Source: the human T2T-CHM13v2.0 reference genome, Homo sapiens. From it: DNA of 64,000 nt. The translations under genes were made by a program, and so were the position numbers. Positions 14,459 through 28,580 of this stretch are shown here, piece after piece (the first letter of the stretch is position 1; each line of letters begins with the position of its first letter). The notes below the pieces were generated by a model that did no database searches, was not told where the DNA came from, and worked only from the letters and a program-made list of their open reading frames with translations. Location: assembly GCF_009914755.1 (NCBI RefSeq), contig NC_060933.1; one strand, given 5' to 3'.

Positions 14459-15916
14459 TTTACTCACAATCTTGGTTATCTAGTTTGGGGTCCAGACCTA
14501 TTCTGTCACCATCAGGGAGACGGTCCCTTTCAAGCTGAGCATACCCAGTTCCTGAGTTAGTCCTGGCCATAGAAGAATAAAGAGCAGAAGCTTCTGACCC
14601 AGGAGCAGGGAGCCTGGAAGAAGCCTTGCTATTAGGGGATTCCAGGGAACATATTTTCTCACTATGCCCAGATCTGCACTGGACCACCTGACTCACCAAG
14701 GCTGATGAACTGGCTTCATTCCCACAATTTCTGCCAGGACCAGAGCCCAATCTAGCCTCCTTTGGCTCTCGTGCTCTCTGGAGGCGAGAGTGAGATATCA
14801 GAACATGTTTCCTAAGTCCTCCGTCCACTGGTTAGCGTATTGCTCCAATAAACTGACCTCCTAAAACCATAATGCTTCTCAGAAGCCGGAAAGTATTTAT
14901 TTCCTAGGTTTTGATGTACCTTGGAGGATGGTGCATATATTTGTCAGAGACGAAGAAAATGACATCAGCTTTGCACCAAATCTTCTATTGGAACACCCAA
15001 GCACCCTTTCCCCTTTTACACCACAACTACAGAGCCCCCGAAAGCACTAAATAATAAGAACCCGAAAGAATGAATAAAGAGCAAGCAGAAAGCTCACCCT
15101 CACATGGCTTGGCATACAAAGCACTTACTCCATTTGTTAAAACTCTGCCCATTAATCCTCTTAGAACTGGAGAGCTGGAATCCAGGCTTTTAGATCTATT
15201 TGTTCGATAAATATTTATTGAGCTCCTGCTCTGTGCCTGGCCCTGAGATAGTGCCTAGGGGGACCACAGAGGAGCCAGACACACCCAGTGCCTGCCCTTT
15301 TGGTGCTAACAGTGGAGTGGGGATCCTCGATTAGTGCTGCAATTCACAGAGAACAGCAAAGACTTCCCTGTGGTCTCAGCAACTAACCCAGCACCAAACC
15401 CAGATGCTGACCCTATCTGGGGCTCATACACTCACGGTTTCAGCCTGGCTCCTCTGTGCATCCCTAGAAAGCCAGGTACAGACAGGAAGGCATTTCACCA
15501 GCCTCACTGTGCACTGTTACATAACGCTAGAGAAGAAGAAGAAAAGAAAGTAATAGAATGCAGCTGCTCACTGGGCAAACTATGCCATTTAATTTCCTCA
15601 CCTTCCTAAAACCAAAATAAGTAACAAAAAAGTTAGAGATAAGAAGTCACTTACATTTTACTCCCAAACAACATGGAGGATGACCAACCAGGTGCCTGGA
15701 GAAGGGGAATGCCTTCCCTTCCCCCACATCCTCTGCTAACCCCTCCTGTGGCTGGGCTATGCCACGTGTAATTGTTTTTGTCTATCTTGATCACCTGTTG
15801 GACAGTGAGCTCCTCAAGGGCAGGATCTGTGTTTCATCCAGCTCTGTATCCCAGAGCCTAGAATAGGGCCAGGTGTAGTAAGTAGTAGGGCATTGTAGAA
15901 GAAACAGGCAGTGTCT

Positions 15917-16325
15917 GTGGCAGCCAACCAAGTAGGCCCCACCCTCCTTTAAAGAGAGAACCTACAGGAGGAGATGCAATCAGCTAATGGTCATCAGCTG
16001 CAACACCTTTAAGACCTGCCACAGCCTTCAAGCTAAGAGCAAAATCTCCCAAGGCAGACCTCAGCCAATCACTGAGTTGGGTGGGGATTCTAGAGCCTGG
16101 CTCATTGGGTCTGATAGGAAACTCCTGTAATGGATAATCTTGGCTCTGGAGCTCTTCCTACCCGACTCTCCTTCCTTCCCCGTCTCCTTCCACAGGTGTC
16201 AGAACAGCATCACGGACAGAGCATTTCCCTACCTATTCTTTTATCTTTCACAGGGATGGCTTCCAAGATCTCTTATGCTTACAAGTCTATCTTGGCATCT
16301 CCTTCCTGAAGGACCCCAATTGACA
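15917..16325 (+). mobile_element. LTR16-like ERVL LTR
   Basis: tgtggcagcc...cagccaatcactgag...ccacaggtgtcaga...ggaccccaattgaca. Confidence 0.55.
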
Positions 16326-16339
16326 AGTGTCCATGGCAT

Positions 16340-16697
16340 CCATATGCTCCTTATGTTTCCCAGCCTCCTCTGTAGTTAGGCTGGCCATTGACTATTTCTG
16401 GCCAGTGGAATATGGGTAGAAATAATATGTGTCACTTGCAAGTGAAGGTGGTTAAAAGTCCAGTGTGCCTTCCCTCTGGATTCTTCCCTATCCCCATCTT
16501 CCTGAAGCCTTAAGATGGGAGACTCACAATACAAAAGTGGCCTGGCTCCTCGCGTTACCACCTGGAGGAGAGCCACCCAGGACGACCTCTGACACACTGG
16601 ACTTTGTGTGGGCAATAAATAATCTTACTGTGTTAAGCAATTGAGATTTCAGGATTTGTTTGTTAGTGCAGCATAGCCTCACCCACCCTAACTAACA
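16340..16697 (+). mobile_element. MLT1J-like MaLR LTR
   Basis: tttcccagcctcctctgtagttagg...aataaataatcttactgtgttaagc...gcagcatagcct...ctaactaaca. Confidence 0.7.
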
Positions 16698-18519
16698 AAA
16701 GACATATATCCTAGATACTATCCATTTAGTACCCCTGTTGGATCGTTATCTTGTGCTTCCAGCTTGCTAATTTCCCTGCTGACATCTCAGACCTCTGTAT
16801 GAAGAAGTTGATGTTACTCTGCCCACAGGGAAGGAAAGTCAAATACACAAAGAAGGTCCCTTTAAAGATAAAGTGAGTATGCTAACATTCTTAGCCCAAT
16901 ATCAAACATTAAACAGGCCCTTAGTGTATTAGTTCCACCCACCACCCCAACTCAGTCTTTAAAAAGGAATTTGGGGACAGAGAAGTTATGTCCGTGGGTG
17001 CCTGGCTAGGTGTGAGGAATTTCTGGGGCGCTCATATTGCCCTCATATTGGGGAGCTCGGGGTTTGGTGCTGGTAGGCACATGCAGAGGGCAGCTACAGC
17101 TCAGCAGTTTGCTTAGCCCTGATATGTAGTGCCACCTCAGTCCTTAAATGAGGGAGGAAGACCCTGGGGAAGGGACAAGACCAACCATCCCAGAGGGTGC
17201 TAACTCAGAAAGCAGACTCGAATCGATGCACCTCCAGTTCAGCTCCTCACCATTTACTCATGCAGGCTGCTCATTAAGCTCCATAAGGCCCTGAGGGATG
17301 AGACTGACCCTACCCTCAAGAGCTGCCAGCCAGCAGGGGAGAAAGTGACAAACAACTATGATACCGGCAGAAGGAAAGACACGCCGGGAGACACACATGA
17401 ATAAAGGCCACAGTGTCTGCACCCTCTTCTGCCAGCAGGCCTTCTCTGCAACACAGCACCAGAAAACAAGGGACCCGTCACACTGCTTTGTATTTACTTT
17501 AGGCTTTGAGCTGCCCCACCCATTAGACTTATTCCTTATAACAGCCCTGTGAGGTCAGCACAATGATCCCCAGATTGTACGGAAATAATAACAATGGGAA
17601 CAACAGAGCAGCGATATTTCCTGAGCACTCGCAGTGTGCCGATCATTGATTGGATTATGTCACCTGGATCATCTCATTTGTCCCTTATGCACCTGATAAG
17701 GCAGTTAGTGTATCAGCCCCATTTCATCGATGAAGAAACCGAGGCAAACAGACCTCCCCAAGGTCACCAAGCAGGTGAGTGGTGCCCAAATGAGGATACA
17801 AACCCAGGTCTCCTGACCCTAGGGCCAGGGCTTATTGGACAGGTGTGAGGTGAGCACGTGGCCTCACCCCTGCAGGGACCCTCTCTCCTTGTCCCCCTAG
17901 GGTGCATCTAATTCCAGTGACTGTTCTGCCAATGACACACCCCCTCCCCAGACATTGGTTCCCTCTGTTGCCCCTCCTGCCCTGTCGGGTCTCAGTGCTG
18001 CCCGTTCTTCACAACACCCCCTCCTGCCTCCCTGTCTCCATTCAGGCCCCATCACCGCTCCCTTCAACTGTTAAAGTAGCTTCCCAGCCCCTCCGACTCC
18101 AGGCTCATTCTGTCTCCAGTCCAGCCTCTACATGCTCACCAGCCTTGATAGGATCACACCCATGTTCAAAGACATCGCACGGCTCCTTGCAGCTCCAGAT
18201 TAAAGTCCGACCTTCCGGACACAGCATTCAAGGCCGTCCACGCCCAGCACCAGCTACCTTTTCCCTCTACAAACCCTGCATTTCCAAACACACTGCACAC
18301 TTTTTTGCTTCATCTTTGATCTGGAGACCCTTCCTGGTATCCAATGTCCATTTCCCAGAGCCTCTGCCTCTCTCTGTCAACTTTATATTCACTCTTCCAG
18401 GCTTATCTTCTCCAGGAGGTCTCTCTGGTCCTATATGATCTTCCCTTTCTCTTAATGCCCCTGGCTTCTATTGTTTCTTTCTTCAATTTAGCACTCCTCA
18501 ACTGCCTGCCTTTGTGGCT

Positions 18520-19045
18520 ATTTGTGATCAGACCCACTGGCATACCAACCCTTAATGGCCTCTGATTTCCTTGGAGGAATCACCTCTCCCCAACTCTGTG
18601 TTCAGGTGGTTGGGTGAAGCTGACCTCACCTCCCTCTCTCATCATGAAAGGAGGGCAGAAGTTCTAGGCCTGTCCCATCAGGGTCATGTGACTTGTTCGT
18701 GGATAAACACATGACCCAATTCAAGCCAATGAGATATAAACTTGAGACTTTCGCTGAAACAGTTGGGAAAGAAACACTCTTCTTACTGGAGTTTCTAAAC
18801 TGGAAGTGTGTAAACCTGCAGCTTCTAGAGGCCATCTGTGCCACCACATGGGGAGAGCCTGCCTGAGAGTGAAGCCAACACAGAAGAAATCAAAGCCAAG
18901 AGGCAGAGAGGAAGATATTTTTAAAGATATCATTTGAGCCCCTGGATTTGACCATGCCTGCATACAGCACACCTTAGGTTTTTTCAGTTATATGAACCTG
19001 TTAAAGTTGGCTTTCTGTCATTTGCATCAAGAGTACTAAACAACA
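18520..19045 (+). mobile_element. MLT1K-like MaLR LTR
   Basis: atgacccaattcaagccaatgaga...gggagagcctgcctgagagtgaagccaacacaga...gagcccctggat. Confidence 0.7.
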
Positions 19046-19139
19046 CACTTACTAAGGGCCAGGCAGCATGCTGGGCAGTGGGGGTGCAGCTGCAAAGAAG
19101 ATGTAAACCTGAACCTGAAAGAGCTCACGTTCTTTTTAA

Positions 19140-19451
19140 AATTTTTAAATTTTATTTCGTTTTATTTTTGAGACAGAGTCTTGCTCTGTTGCCCAGGCTA
19201 GAGTGCAGCAGCACAATCACAGCTTACTGTAGCCTTTACCTCCTAGGCTCTAGCAATCCTCCTGCCTCAACCTCCCTAGTGGCTGGGACCACAGGCACAT
19301 ACCACCATGTCAGGCTAATTTTTTATTTTATGTAGAGACAGGGTCTCCCTATGTTGCTCAGGCTGGTCTTGAACTCCTTGGCCTCAAGCAATCCTCTCAC
19401 CTCAGCACCCCCAAAATGCTGAGATTACAGGCATGAGCCACCACACTCAGT
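19140..19451 (-). mobile_element. AluJ SINE
   Basis: Diverged dimeric Alu with gtagagacagggtctccctatgttgctcagg. Confidence 0.9.
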
Positions 19452-20511
19452 CTATCTTTTTATTTTTAAATAAAATAAAAATAAATTTATTTTTTAATAA
19501 AATTAAAAATTTATATTTTATTGTATTGAGATTTAGTTAACTGTATTGAGATTTAATACAGTTAAATCTGTACTGAGATTTAATTAACTTATACACTTTA
19601 AAAGAGTGATTTTTATATATATATATAAAGTGTATAATTCCATGGTTTTTAGTACATTCACAGAATTATGCAACCATCTCCACTATCATTCTCTACCTTG
19701 CATTAGAAATGATGAATACGTTCTTGCCCTGTTCTCTGTTCACCAGCTGCCTCTCTCAAACCCGGGGCTATGTTTTACACCTTTCTGCAGCATCAACAGC
19801 TCCAGTAGGTGCTCAGTAAACACCTGCTGAGCTGTACTCAGACCTTTTTAGGAAGCACAGCCTCAATTCAACAGTCCTTTAAATCCTTTTTAAAGCATAG
19901 TGAATAAGGGAAAAGATATTTGGCAAAGCCACTCAAGAAAAAAGACATGCTCACCAATCACTGGGATTTCTACATTGGATCTTGGCATCAGGGTGGTCTT
20001 TCTGACAGTTGTACCCCTAGACTGGGCTCCTTGGCTCCCTGAACTTTCTCTAAGTTTATTATTGAATGATTTAAGATAGTAACACATGAGAAAACATATA
20101 GGTCCAACAATAGGGGAATGATTAAATACGTATGGTTCACCCACAGGATAGAATAGTATACAGCCACCAAAAATCATCTTTACAAGGAGGATTTGAGGAC
20201 ATGGGGAAAAACCCATGATACAATGTTAACTGAAGGAAAAAAACATAAAAGAGCACATGGAGTATGATCTCAAGTACATAAAATAGTAAAAAATGACAAC
20301 TGGAAGGGAATGATGCTAATTATTAGATGTTATTATTTTTGTGTAGATGGATTATGGGCAATTATTTTTCTTTATGCTTCTCTGTAATTTTCAGCTTTTC
20401 CACAATGAACATTAATCAAATTGAAAAAAAATATCTTTAACTCATTCCTTGGCTATTATTTTATTTTATTAGTGTGGCTAGAATAAGAAACAATCACATG
20501 GAGAACATTTC

Positions 20512-20632
20512 TGAAGACAGGAAGATCACTTGAGCCCAGGAGTTCAAGGCTGCAGTGAGCTATGATGTACCACTGCAGTCTGGCTTGAGCAAGAGAATGA
20601 GACCCCCAACTCTTTCAAAAAAAAAAAAAAAA
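20512..20632 (+). mobile_element. Old Alu monomer fragment (FLAM/AluJ arm) with poly(A)
   Basis: gatcacttgagcccaggagttcaaggctgcagtgagctatgat followed by an A-run. Confidence 0.8.
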
Positions 20633-21458
20633 GTCATTGTCTCTCAGATTTTTTAGATCAAACATTAAGTAATATGGTACATTTACCTTTTTACCTTGAC
20701 TGCCAGGAAGCTCAGAGCTAAAATATAATACTCAATGCAATAAATTTTAGCCCAGGTTCTTGGTATAGTAACTTCTATGCTTCTACATAGTTTCTGATGC
20801 TTTCTTTTATCTGTATTTTCAGTTGTCTTGCTTGTTCAAATCCTCATTGGAATATATAAACGAGTATTTGCTGAAGCCATTTGGTGTTACACCAGAGAAG
20901 CAGAGGTTCTGATAGACAGGTATTCTGTTAGGCTGTTTCATTTTTACCAACACATGGCATTGAGTGAGGTTTTGAAAATCTACCACTATTCTACTTACAG
21001 AAGAGAGTCAATCTGGTTGTAGGAGGCTCCTTTATTGAGACAGATTGTCCCCAGGGACCAGATTAACCCATTCCTTGCTAAATCTCCATCTCTCTGCAGA
21101 TCATATGGATAAAGGTCCATACTGGTGCCCATAGTCACTGGCCATTGAGGCCACTGATTGACAGCAAATGTCAGCAAATCCAGCCAAAATCTGTTCACCA
21201 CATCCACCCTGTGTTAAAGTCTACAAACAATGTGACACAGCCTGCAAATAATTAGGCAGTGTCCACAAAGACAGCCAATCTGAATAAACTAGACCCTAAA
21301 CACTCTAACACTAGCCACAAACATTCTTTAGATCGCTCTAGATTTTGCTGCAAATTACCTAGACTGATCCTTCCTTCACTCTGGCTCAGGGAGAAAGCAC
21401 CTCTACTTTAAAGATAAGGCCACTTGTGAATTCACAGGAAATAAAAATGAAGGAAGGG

Positions 21459-21787
<329 letters not shown>

Positions 21788-23821
21788 AAGGAGGAGGAGG
21801 AGGGGAGGCAGCAGGACACATTTATTTAGTGCTTACAGCATGCCAGAGCACTGGCCACTGAGCCTGCCAGCTCAGGGCATCTTCTACCCTGGCCTGTTAT
21901 CTTCCTTAAGCTGTGTGTCACCTGCAGAGTACACATAATATTCCCACCTAGGCTTAGAGAGATTAAATACCCAGCTCAAGGTCATCCAGGGTGGAAAGTA
22001 ACCAGTTTCTCACTAAAACCCAGGCCCCACCTACCCCAAAGCCCTGGCTCTGGGCCCCTTCAAAAGGCTAGAGACACTTCTCTGTTTGCACGAAGCTAAA
22101 ATTATCTTCTGTCTTCCTTCCCACTGTTTTCTAAATATTCCCACGAATTGAAGAGTCTTCTGACTGTCTCATCCTCTTGACTTTGGGTCCTTTCACTCAG
22201 AAAGTCATCAAGACACACTCGAAAAATAAAATGTAAAGGCTTCAACCCACACCCTGAAACGAAGCACCCATCTCTTTGCTGCCACAAACAGGCCAGTATG
22301 AAATCTCTTTCAGGGAAGCTTTCTAAAGGGAAGAAACTGATGATGAAAACATTATGCAGCTGACAATACTTGGTGATGATGCAAGCAGGGCTGCCCTATC
22401 TAAAAATGTGTTTGTCCCCAAAAGACCGGCTTTGCAGTGACCCCTCCAGAAGAATATGTGCAGTAGCAACAGAGAAACTGTCAAGAAGATATGCCTCCGT
22501 GTAACTGCATTGCTGTCTCCATTTATGTGTGCCAGACAAGTACCCCCACAGAACTTGAGATGCTCAGGCAAAGACGAGGGCGATAGGAATGTCATTCGGA
22601 AATGATTTCACACCGGGTTAGCCCTGCACAGCCAGCCAGCTTGCATCCTCTGGGGCAGAGGACGCCTCTCCGCCTGCAGCAGCCTGCGCGTACCGCTGCC
22701 AACTGCCACCGGTTCCTTCACCTTTTATTTACAGCGCAGAGCAAGCTGGTTCACCGGTGAAGCGGGGGAGGCAGGGAATAAGATACAATCTAGATTCTGC
22801 TCTTTCTCTGGGGACATAAAGAGGGTCCGACCAAGGAGGAGGGGAAGCCCAGATTGCACCACCAGAGCAGTAGCGCGACCCTCCTCCCAAAAGGGTTCTG
22901 CACCTGGACTCCAGCAGAAGCGCCCGGAGAGTCCCAGGAAGCCAGGATCAAGCCCAGCGCCTCGGCCCCGTTCCGCGCGATGGAAGAGGCGCCAACCGAG
23001 CGTACTGCACAGGAAATCACTGCCCCCTTCAGGCCGCGTCTCAGACGCTGCGGTCGGAGCACAGGGGCTCGCTCGGTCCGGAAAAACTCGCAAACCCGAC
23101 CTTGCGCGGCCAGCGATCGCTCCTCCAGACCCGCTCCGCGCGCTCCAGCCCCGGCCTGGCGGTGAAGGTCCGCTCTGGGGCTTCAGGCAGAACCCAAACC
23201 GAGGGCGTGGGGAGGGGTCTTGGGATGGAAAGCCCTTGGCTCTCTGGCTCCGCTCCGGACTGCTCTCCAAGTCTGTGCTCCGGCTGCTAGGTCGGATGCT
23301 TCAAGCCTGAGCCGTGAGAAACTGCCTGCAGCCGCCCGGCCAACAGCAGCGGCGCGGCCGGACACCACTGCACGTCCGGGACGAGAACTGCCAGGGCACT
23401 TTCTGAGCAACTAACCCGAGGCAGGGGTCTCCTGAAATCGCTCTGGCCACAGGCAGCGCCGGGCACGTCCAGGCAGAAGCGCTGCAGAGCCGGTGGCCCC
23501 ACACCTGCCCGCGCGGAGCGGGCTCAGAGCTGCTGGCGCGCACCAGGCGCCCAGCCACGCTGCACGCTCAAGCCCCTTGGGTTCCGGAGCCTTCCGGACC
23601 TCAAAGCGCGGCTCGGCTTCCCTGGGGGCCTGTGAGCAGGCCCGCGGCCCCTCCGGCCCTGGGTGGCCCAGTTTGCAGTCAATGCGCCTGTTCCTCCCAC
23701 TCGGTACCTCGCAGCCCCATGAGCGGGACCTGGACAGGGACAATCAATGTAGGCCTTTGGGGGTCCAGCCCCCACCTTCTCCACTCCTTTTTCTCTGGTC
23801 AAAAGAGACCCCAGTCTTCTA

Positions 23822-24424
<603 letters not shown>

Positions 24425-24439
24425 TCACTCGGCCCGCAT
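24425..24439 (-). promoter_or_regulatory. Upstream ORF (Met-Arg-Ala-Glu-stop) in the GABBR2 5' UTR
   Basis: Minus strand caggcc ATG CGG GCC GAG TGA, with G at -3, ending 27 nt before the main ATG. Confidence 0.7.
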
Positions 24440-27039
24440 GGCCTGGCCCGGCCCGCCGCCCCGCGCCAAGGTCTTCCCGCGGCGCCCGCGCAATGGCGCC
24501 GGCCCGGGCCCCGGCTCCGTCTCGGGCTAGGGTTCCGGCTCGGCTCAGAACGGCCGCGGCGGCGGCGGCGGCAGCGGCGGCGCCCGTGACGGATCAATCA
24601 CGCCGGGAAGGGGTGGGAGCGAGCGGAGTGCGGGAGGCGGGGAGCAAGCGAGCAAACGCGGAGAGGGGGGCCGGCGTCTCCGCGCGCGCCTCTCTCCAGC
24701 GCGGCCGCCCCGCACCGGGCCGCCTCCGCCCGCCCCCGTGCGCGCTCTGAACCGCTCTCCCGCCGGGAGCTGCTAGGCGGCAGCCCCTGGAGCTCGGCCG
24801 GGGGAGGGCGGACGGCAGGAAACGCGGGAGGCGAAGGCGAGGCTGCTCAGGGGCGGCTCGGGCCGCCTCCAGGGACGGGGACGAGCCGTGCGCGCCGGGG
24901 GAGGGGGAGGCGCTGGCGCTGCGGCGGCCGCGGGGAGGGCCACCTTCCCAGCACACGCACACACGCGCCCCCGGCCCTCCGCTGCGCCAGCTGCCGCTGC
25001 CCGCCGACCGCTGACCTCCAGGCACCAGAGCGCCCGGGGACAGCGATCTGGGAACCGGGACCGCGCGCTGGCACACGCAGTGGCCGCCGCCGCTCCGCCG
25101 AGCGCTGCCTGTAGCACCTGCACGGTGGTTTGGAACCGCTTCTCGGAGGTCTGGCCGGGAAGGTCTGGGCAGGAGAATGTTCCACGAAGGCGTCCCAGAG
25201 GCATCTGCAGCCTACGCTCTCCCGTTCTTTTCTGGCGCCCACGAGCCCCTGACCGAGTCCCGGGGGTCGCTGAAGACGCCCACGGGTGCTCTAACGCCCG
25301 TTGGTGCCAGGCTGCCCGGCCTTTAGGGCCTTGGCTGAGGACACCCCTTTCCTCCCCACCAGACGGAGCGACCGCCCTTTGCCAACCCCAAGCAAAGCTG
25401 GGGTCCCAACCTTACGTGCGCTACCGCCCCCTCCAGGCATTTGACCTCCCCGCGTCCCCATTCTTGATGGGCCCCGCCCTAGAAGTCTCCCGGGGTGGGA
25501 GCACTATCCTCAGGCCAGGGCGGGGCCGCGCGCCCCTGGACTTGGCCCTCTCTCTGCCAGGTCGCACTGGCCAATCTTAGCCAAAGCAGTCCCGAGCCAG
25601 ATGTACCCGAGTGAGCTGACCTAAGACCTTGGGTTCCTTGTGCCTCTGCATACTTCAAGAATAGGAAACGTGATCATTAATCTATAAAGTCCCAGGGGCT
25701 GATTAATGCGAGGAACACAGTAGGACATCAAATCACAAAACATACTTGAGCCTGAACCAGGGACTGTGGAAGATATCGACGACCTTGTAACAAGAATGGA
25801 AGTTTGACCTTCGCTGAGTACTTACTGTGTGCCTTATGATGTAATCCCCACAACTGCCCTGTAAGCATACTGTGTTACTCACCCTTACTTTACAGGCGAA
25901 TACACTGGTGCTCAGAGAGGTTCTGTAGCTAGTGGAAGCACACAGAGCTACTGAAGGACCGGAACCCAGAGCCAGCAGGAACTCCGTGCACAGTGCAGTG
26001 GGAGCCAGGGATGTGGGACTGCAAGTTTCCTCTCCAGGAGGAGCACTGCCCTGACTCAGTTGCTCTGGACATCGATTCCCTCCGGCATATGGTGAGGGAT
26101 TTGGACCGGATGATGATGATGATGGCCACACACCAGCTCTACTGGAGTGAGGCAAGGGCAGCTCTGAATCCAGGCTGAGTTGTTAGGAAGCACAAAGATG
26201 TGAGTGGAGGCTGAGCAGAACTACTAGAGAGTACCTTGGACAGCGCCAGGGAAACCAGGCCAAATTCTCTCTGCCCTAACTTCTCTTTCCAGGCTTCTGT
26301 AGACTCCACCTCTCCCGGCTCCACTTGGCATTTCCTTTTCCCCAAGCTGGAGGGTTTGCATGAACAGAACTCACCTGAGCATCTCCTCCAGGAAGGGAGG
26401 AAGGAAGGGAGGGAGGGAAAGAAATGGTCCAAAGGACAGTGTAATCCCCAGATACTCGCTCAACTGCTGTCTCACTTGACATCACAAATATCCTCCAGTC
26501 ATAGTCTTCTGGCACCTGCCATTCCTCAAACCCTTAGCTCAGGTTTCTGAATGAACATTTTCACTTGTTTTTTTTCTTTTTTCTAATTCTTTCCTTTAGT
26601 CATTTGTGTCCTCCTTGCAAGCTGTGCCAATATAGAGTGTCCACTGACACCTACATCTGGGAATAAGTTGAAAGCTGGGTAACTTTGCCTGACATTTACT
26701 AAGGGGTTGAAGGCCCTACTTGGCATCCTGCCCTACAGCCCCTCTGTCTTCTTTTATGGTGGGGTGACCTGGCCCCAAGACGCATGACCTGGGATCTGCC
26801 CTGACCCAGGGGGCACCAATCTCACTCTCCATCAGCATGGCTCCAGGCCAATCTCTGATCTCACAGCCCACTCCTAATGCCTGGGCATCCCTCTGGTTCC
26901 AAGATCTTACTCTGGCCTGGTATTACAGTTTGGGTAACTGCATCCCTGATGTGCTTCCTGAGTCTGAGTTCCTGCCTCAGTCACCAGCCTAGAATGCATG
27001 TTCCTCCAGAGCTGGGGTCCAGCGTCTTGCTTTATAATA

Positions 27040-27750
27040 ATCATTCATTCCTTTGACCAGTGTTTTGAAGGGCATGCTACCTGCTAGGCACTGTCCTAGG
27101 AGCTGATGATATAGGAAGGAAAAAACCAGAACAAAATCCCTGCCCTTGTAGAATTGACATTCTAGTGGAGAAAGAGAAACAATAAATAGGAAGAAGAAGA
27201 TATGTTAGTATGCCCATTTATGAAAAGTGCTATGGTGAACAAAAAAGCAGGAAAGAGGATTGAGACTGGCAGAGTGGGGCTGCAATTTGAAATAGGGAGG
27301 TCAGGGAAAGACACACTAAGGTGACTCCTCAGCAAAGACATAAAGAAGGTAAGTAAGAGAGACAGGCGAATAGTGTTCCATGCAGAGGAACAGCAAGGGC
27401 AGAGGCTCCGAGACAGGAGTGTGCCTGGCATGTTCAAGGAACAATGTGGAAGCCAATGTGGTAGAGCAGAGTGGGCAAAGGGAAAGCAATCAGATCCAAG
27501 GTCAAAGGCAGGTAGGACTGTATGGGGCCTCAGCACTGGGAGGGCACATGAAACAGCAACCGTGGGAGGCTACTGGGTGGAGCAGTGACATGATCTGATG
27601 TATTTTAAGAGGATCACTCTGGCTGTAGAGTGAAGAACCGTTAGCAGGGGAAAAGAGCGTGAGCAGGAATACCTGTTAGGAGTCTCTACTACAATAAGCA
27701 CATTTGGTGGCCAGGCCAGGGTATAAGCAGAAGAGAGGATGAGAATTGGC
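27040..27750 (-). mobile_element. L2 3' fragment
   Basis: tcattcattc...ctaggcactgtcctagg...gacatgatctga...aggatcactctggctg. Confidence 0.8.
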
Positions 27751-28392
27751 TAATCATTGTGCTTCTTATTAATTGGAATAAAATGCATTGGCCAAGTCCC
27801 AGAATGTGGAAAACACTTGATTCCCTTGAACTCATCTACCTTTTAAGAGATGTAATAGAGACTTAGAAAGCAACGTGCTCAGGTTGCACCTCCAGGAAGT
27901 AATGAAACATCCGTGTTAGCCCAGGTCTGTATGGCTTAAATTATTATCTTGTTTGCATAATCCTGTTTCCTTAGCAATCTTTTCTCACAAACCCTCTGCC
28001 TACACACAGAAGCCAGTCTCTAAACCCCAGCTCAGAGGTTGAGAGATGGTGCCCGCTTCCTTTCTGGGGATTTTGGGGCTCCATGGTCCAGCTGGCTCCC
28101 TGTCAACATGACACTCCATCCCTTTGAACAGGATCCTGATGCTGGGAAGCTAACCAGGCCTTTCTCTGCTGTCTGCTCTCCTTCCTTATTGGGCTGACAC
28201 CCTGTGCCACCCAGAGCTGCTCAGATCTGCCCTCCAGAGCTGCCTCCTTCCAGGAACTGGGTCCAGTTTTTAACACCCTTTTCCCCATTTGATTGTTATC
28301 CATGCCTGCCTCTACTCTAACTCCTAACAGCAGCAAGGTCTTCTCTCACTTTCTTCTTTAAAACAAAACAAACTATATATATATAGTTGATA

Positions 28393-28472
28393 TAAGGTTG
28401 GTGCAAAAGTAATTGCAGTTTTTGCCACTGAAAGTAATGGTAAAAACTGCAATTACTTTTGTACCAAACTAA
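28393..28472. mobile_element. MADE1 (Hsmar1-derived MITE), full 80 bp with TA target duplications
   Basis: taaggttggtgcaaaagtaattgcagtttttgcca...tggtaaaaactgcaattacttttgtaccaaactaa, flanked by TA at 28391-28392 and 28473-28474. Confidence 0.95.
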
Positions 28473-28508
28473 TATATAGGATTGAGACTGGAAGGGTGGA
28501 GCTGCAAT

Positions 28509-28580
28509 TGTGTGTGTGTGTGTGAGAGAGAGAATGTGTGTGTGTGTGTATGGTTTACATACACACACATAGGCACACAC
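28509..28580. repeat. Compound (TG)n/(AG)n/(CA)n microsatellite
   Basis: Direct inspection. Confidence 0.85.

Noticed and set aside
25015-25050. Second RE1-like half sites (CAGGCACC...GGACAGCG)
   Set aside because: Non-canonical spacing and a weak match in GC-rich DNA.
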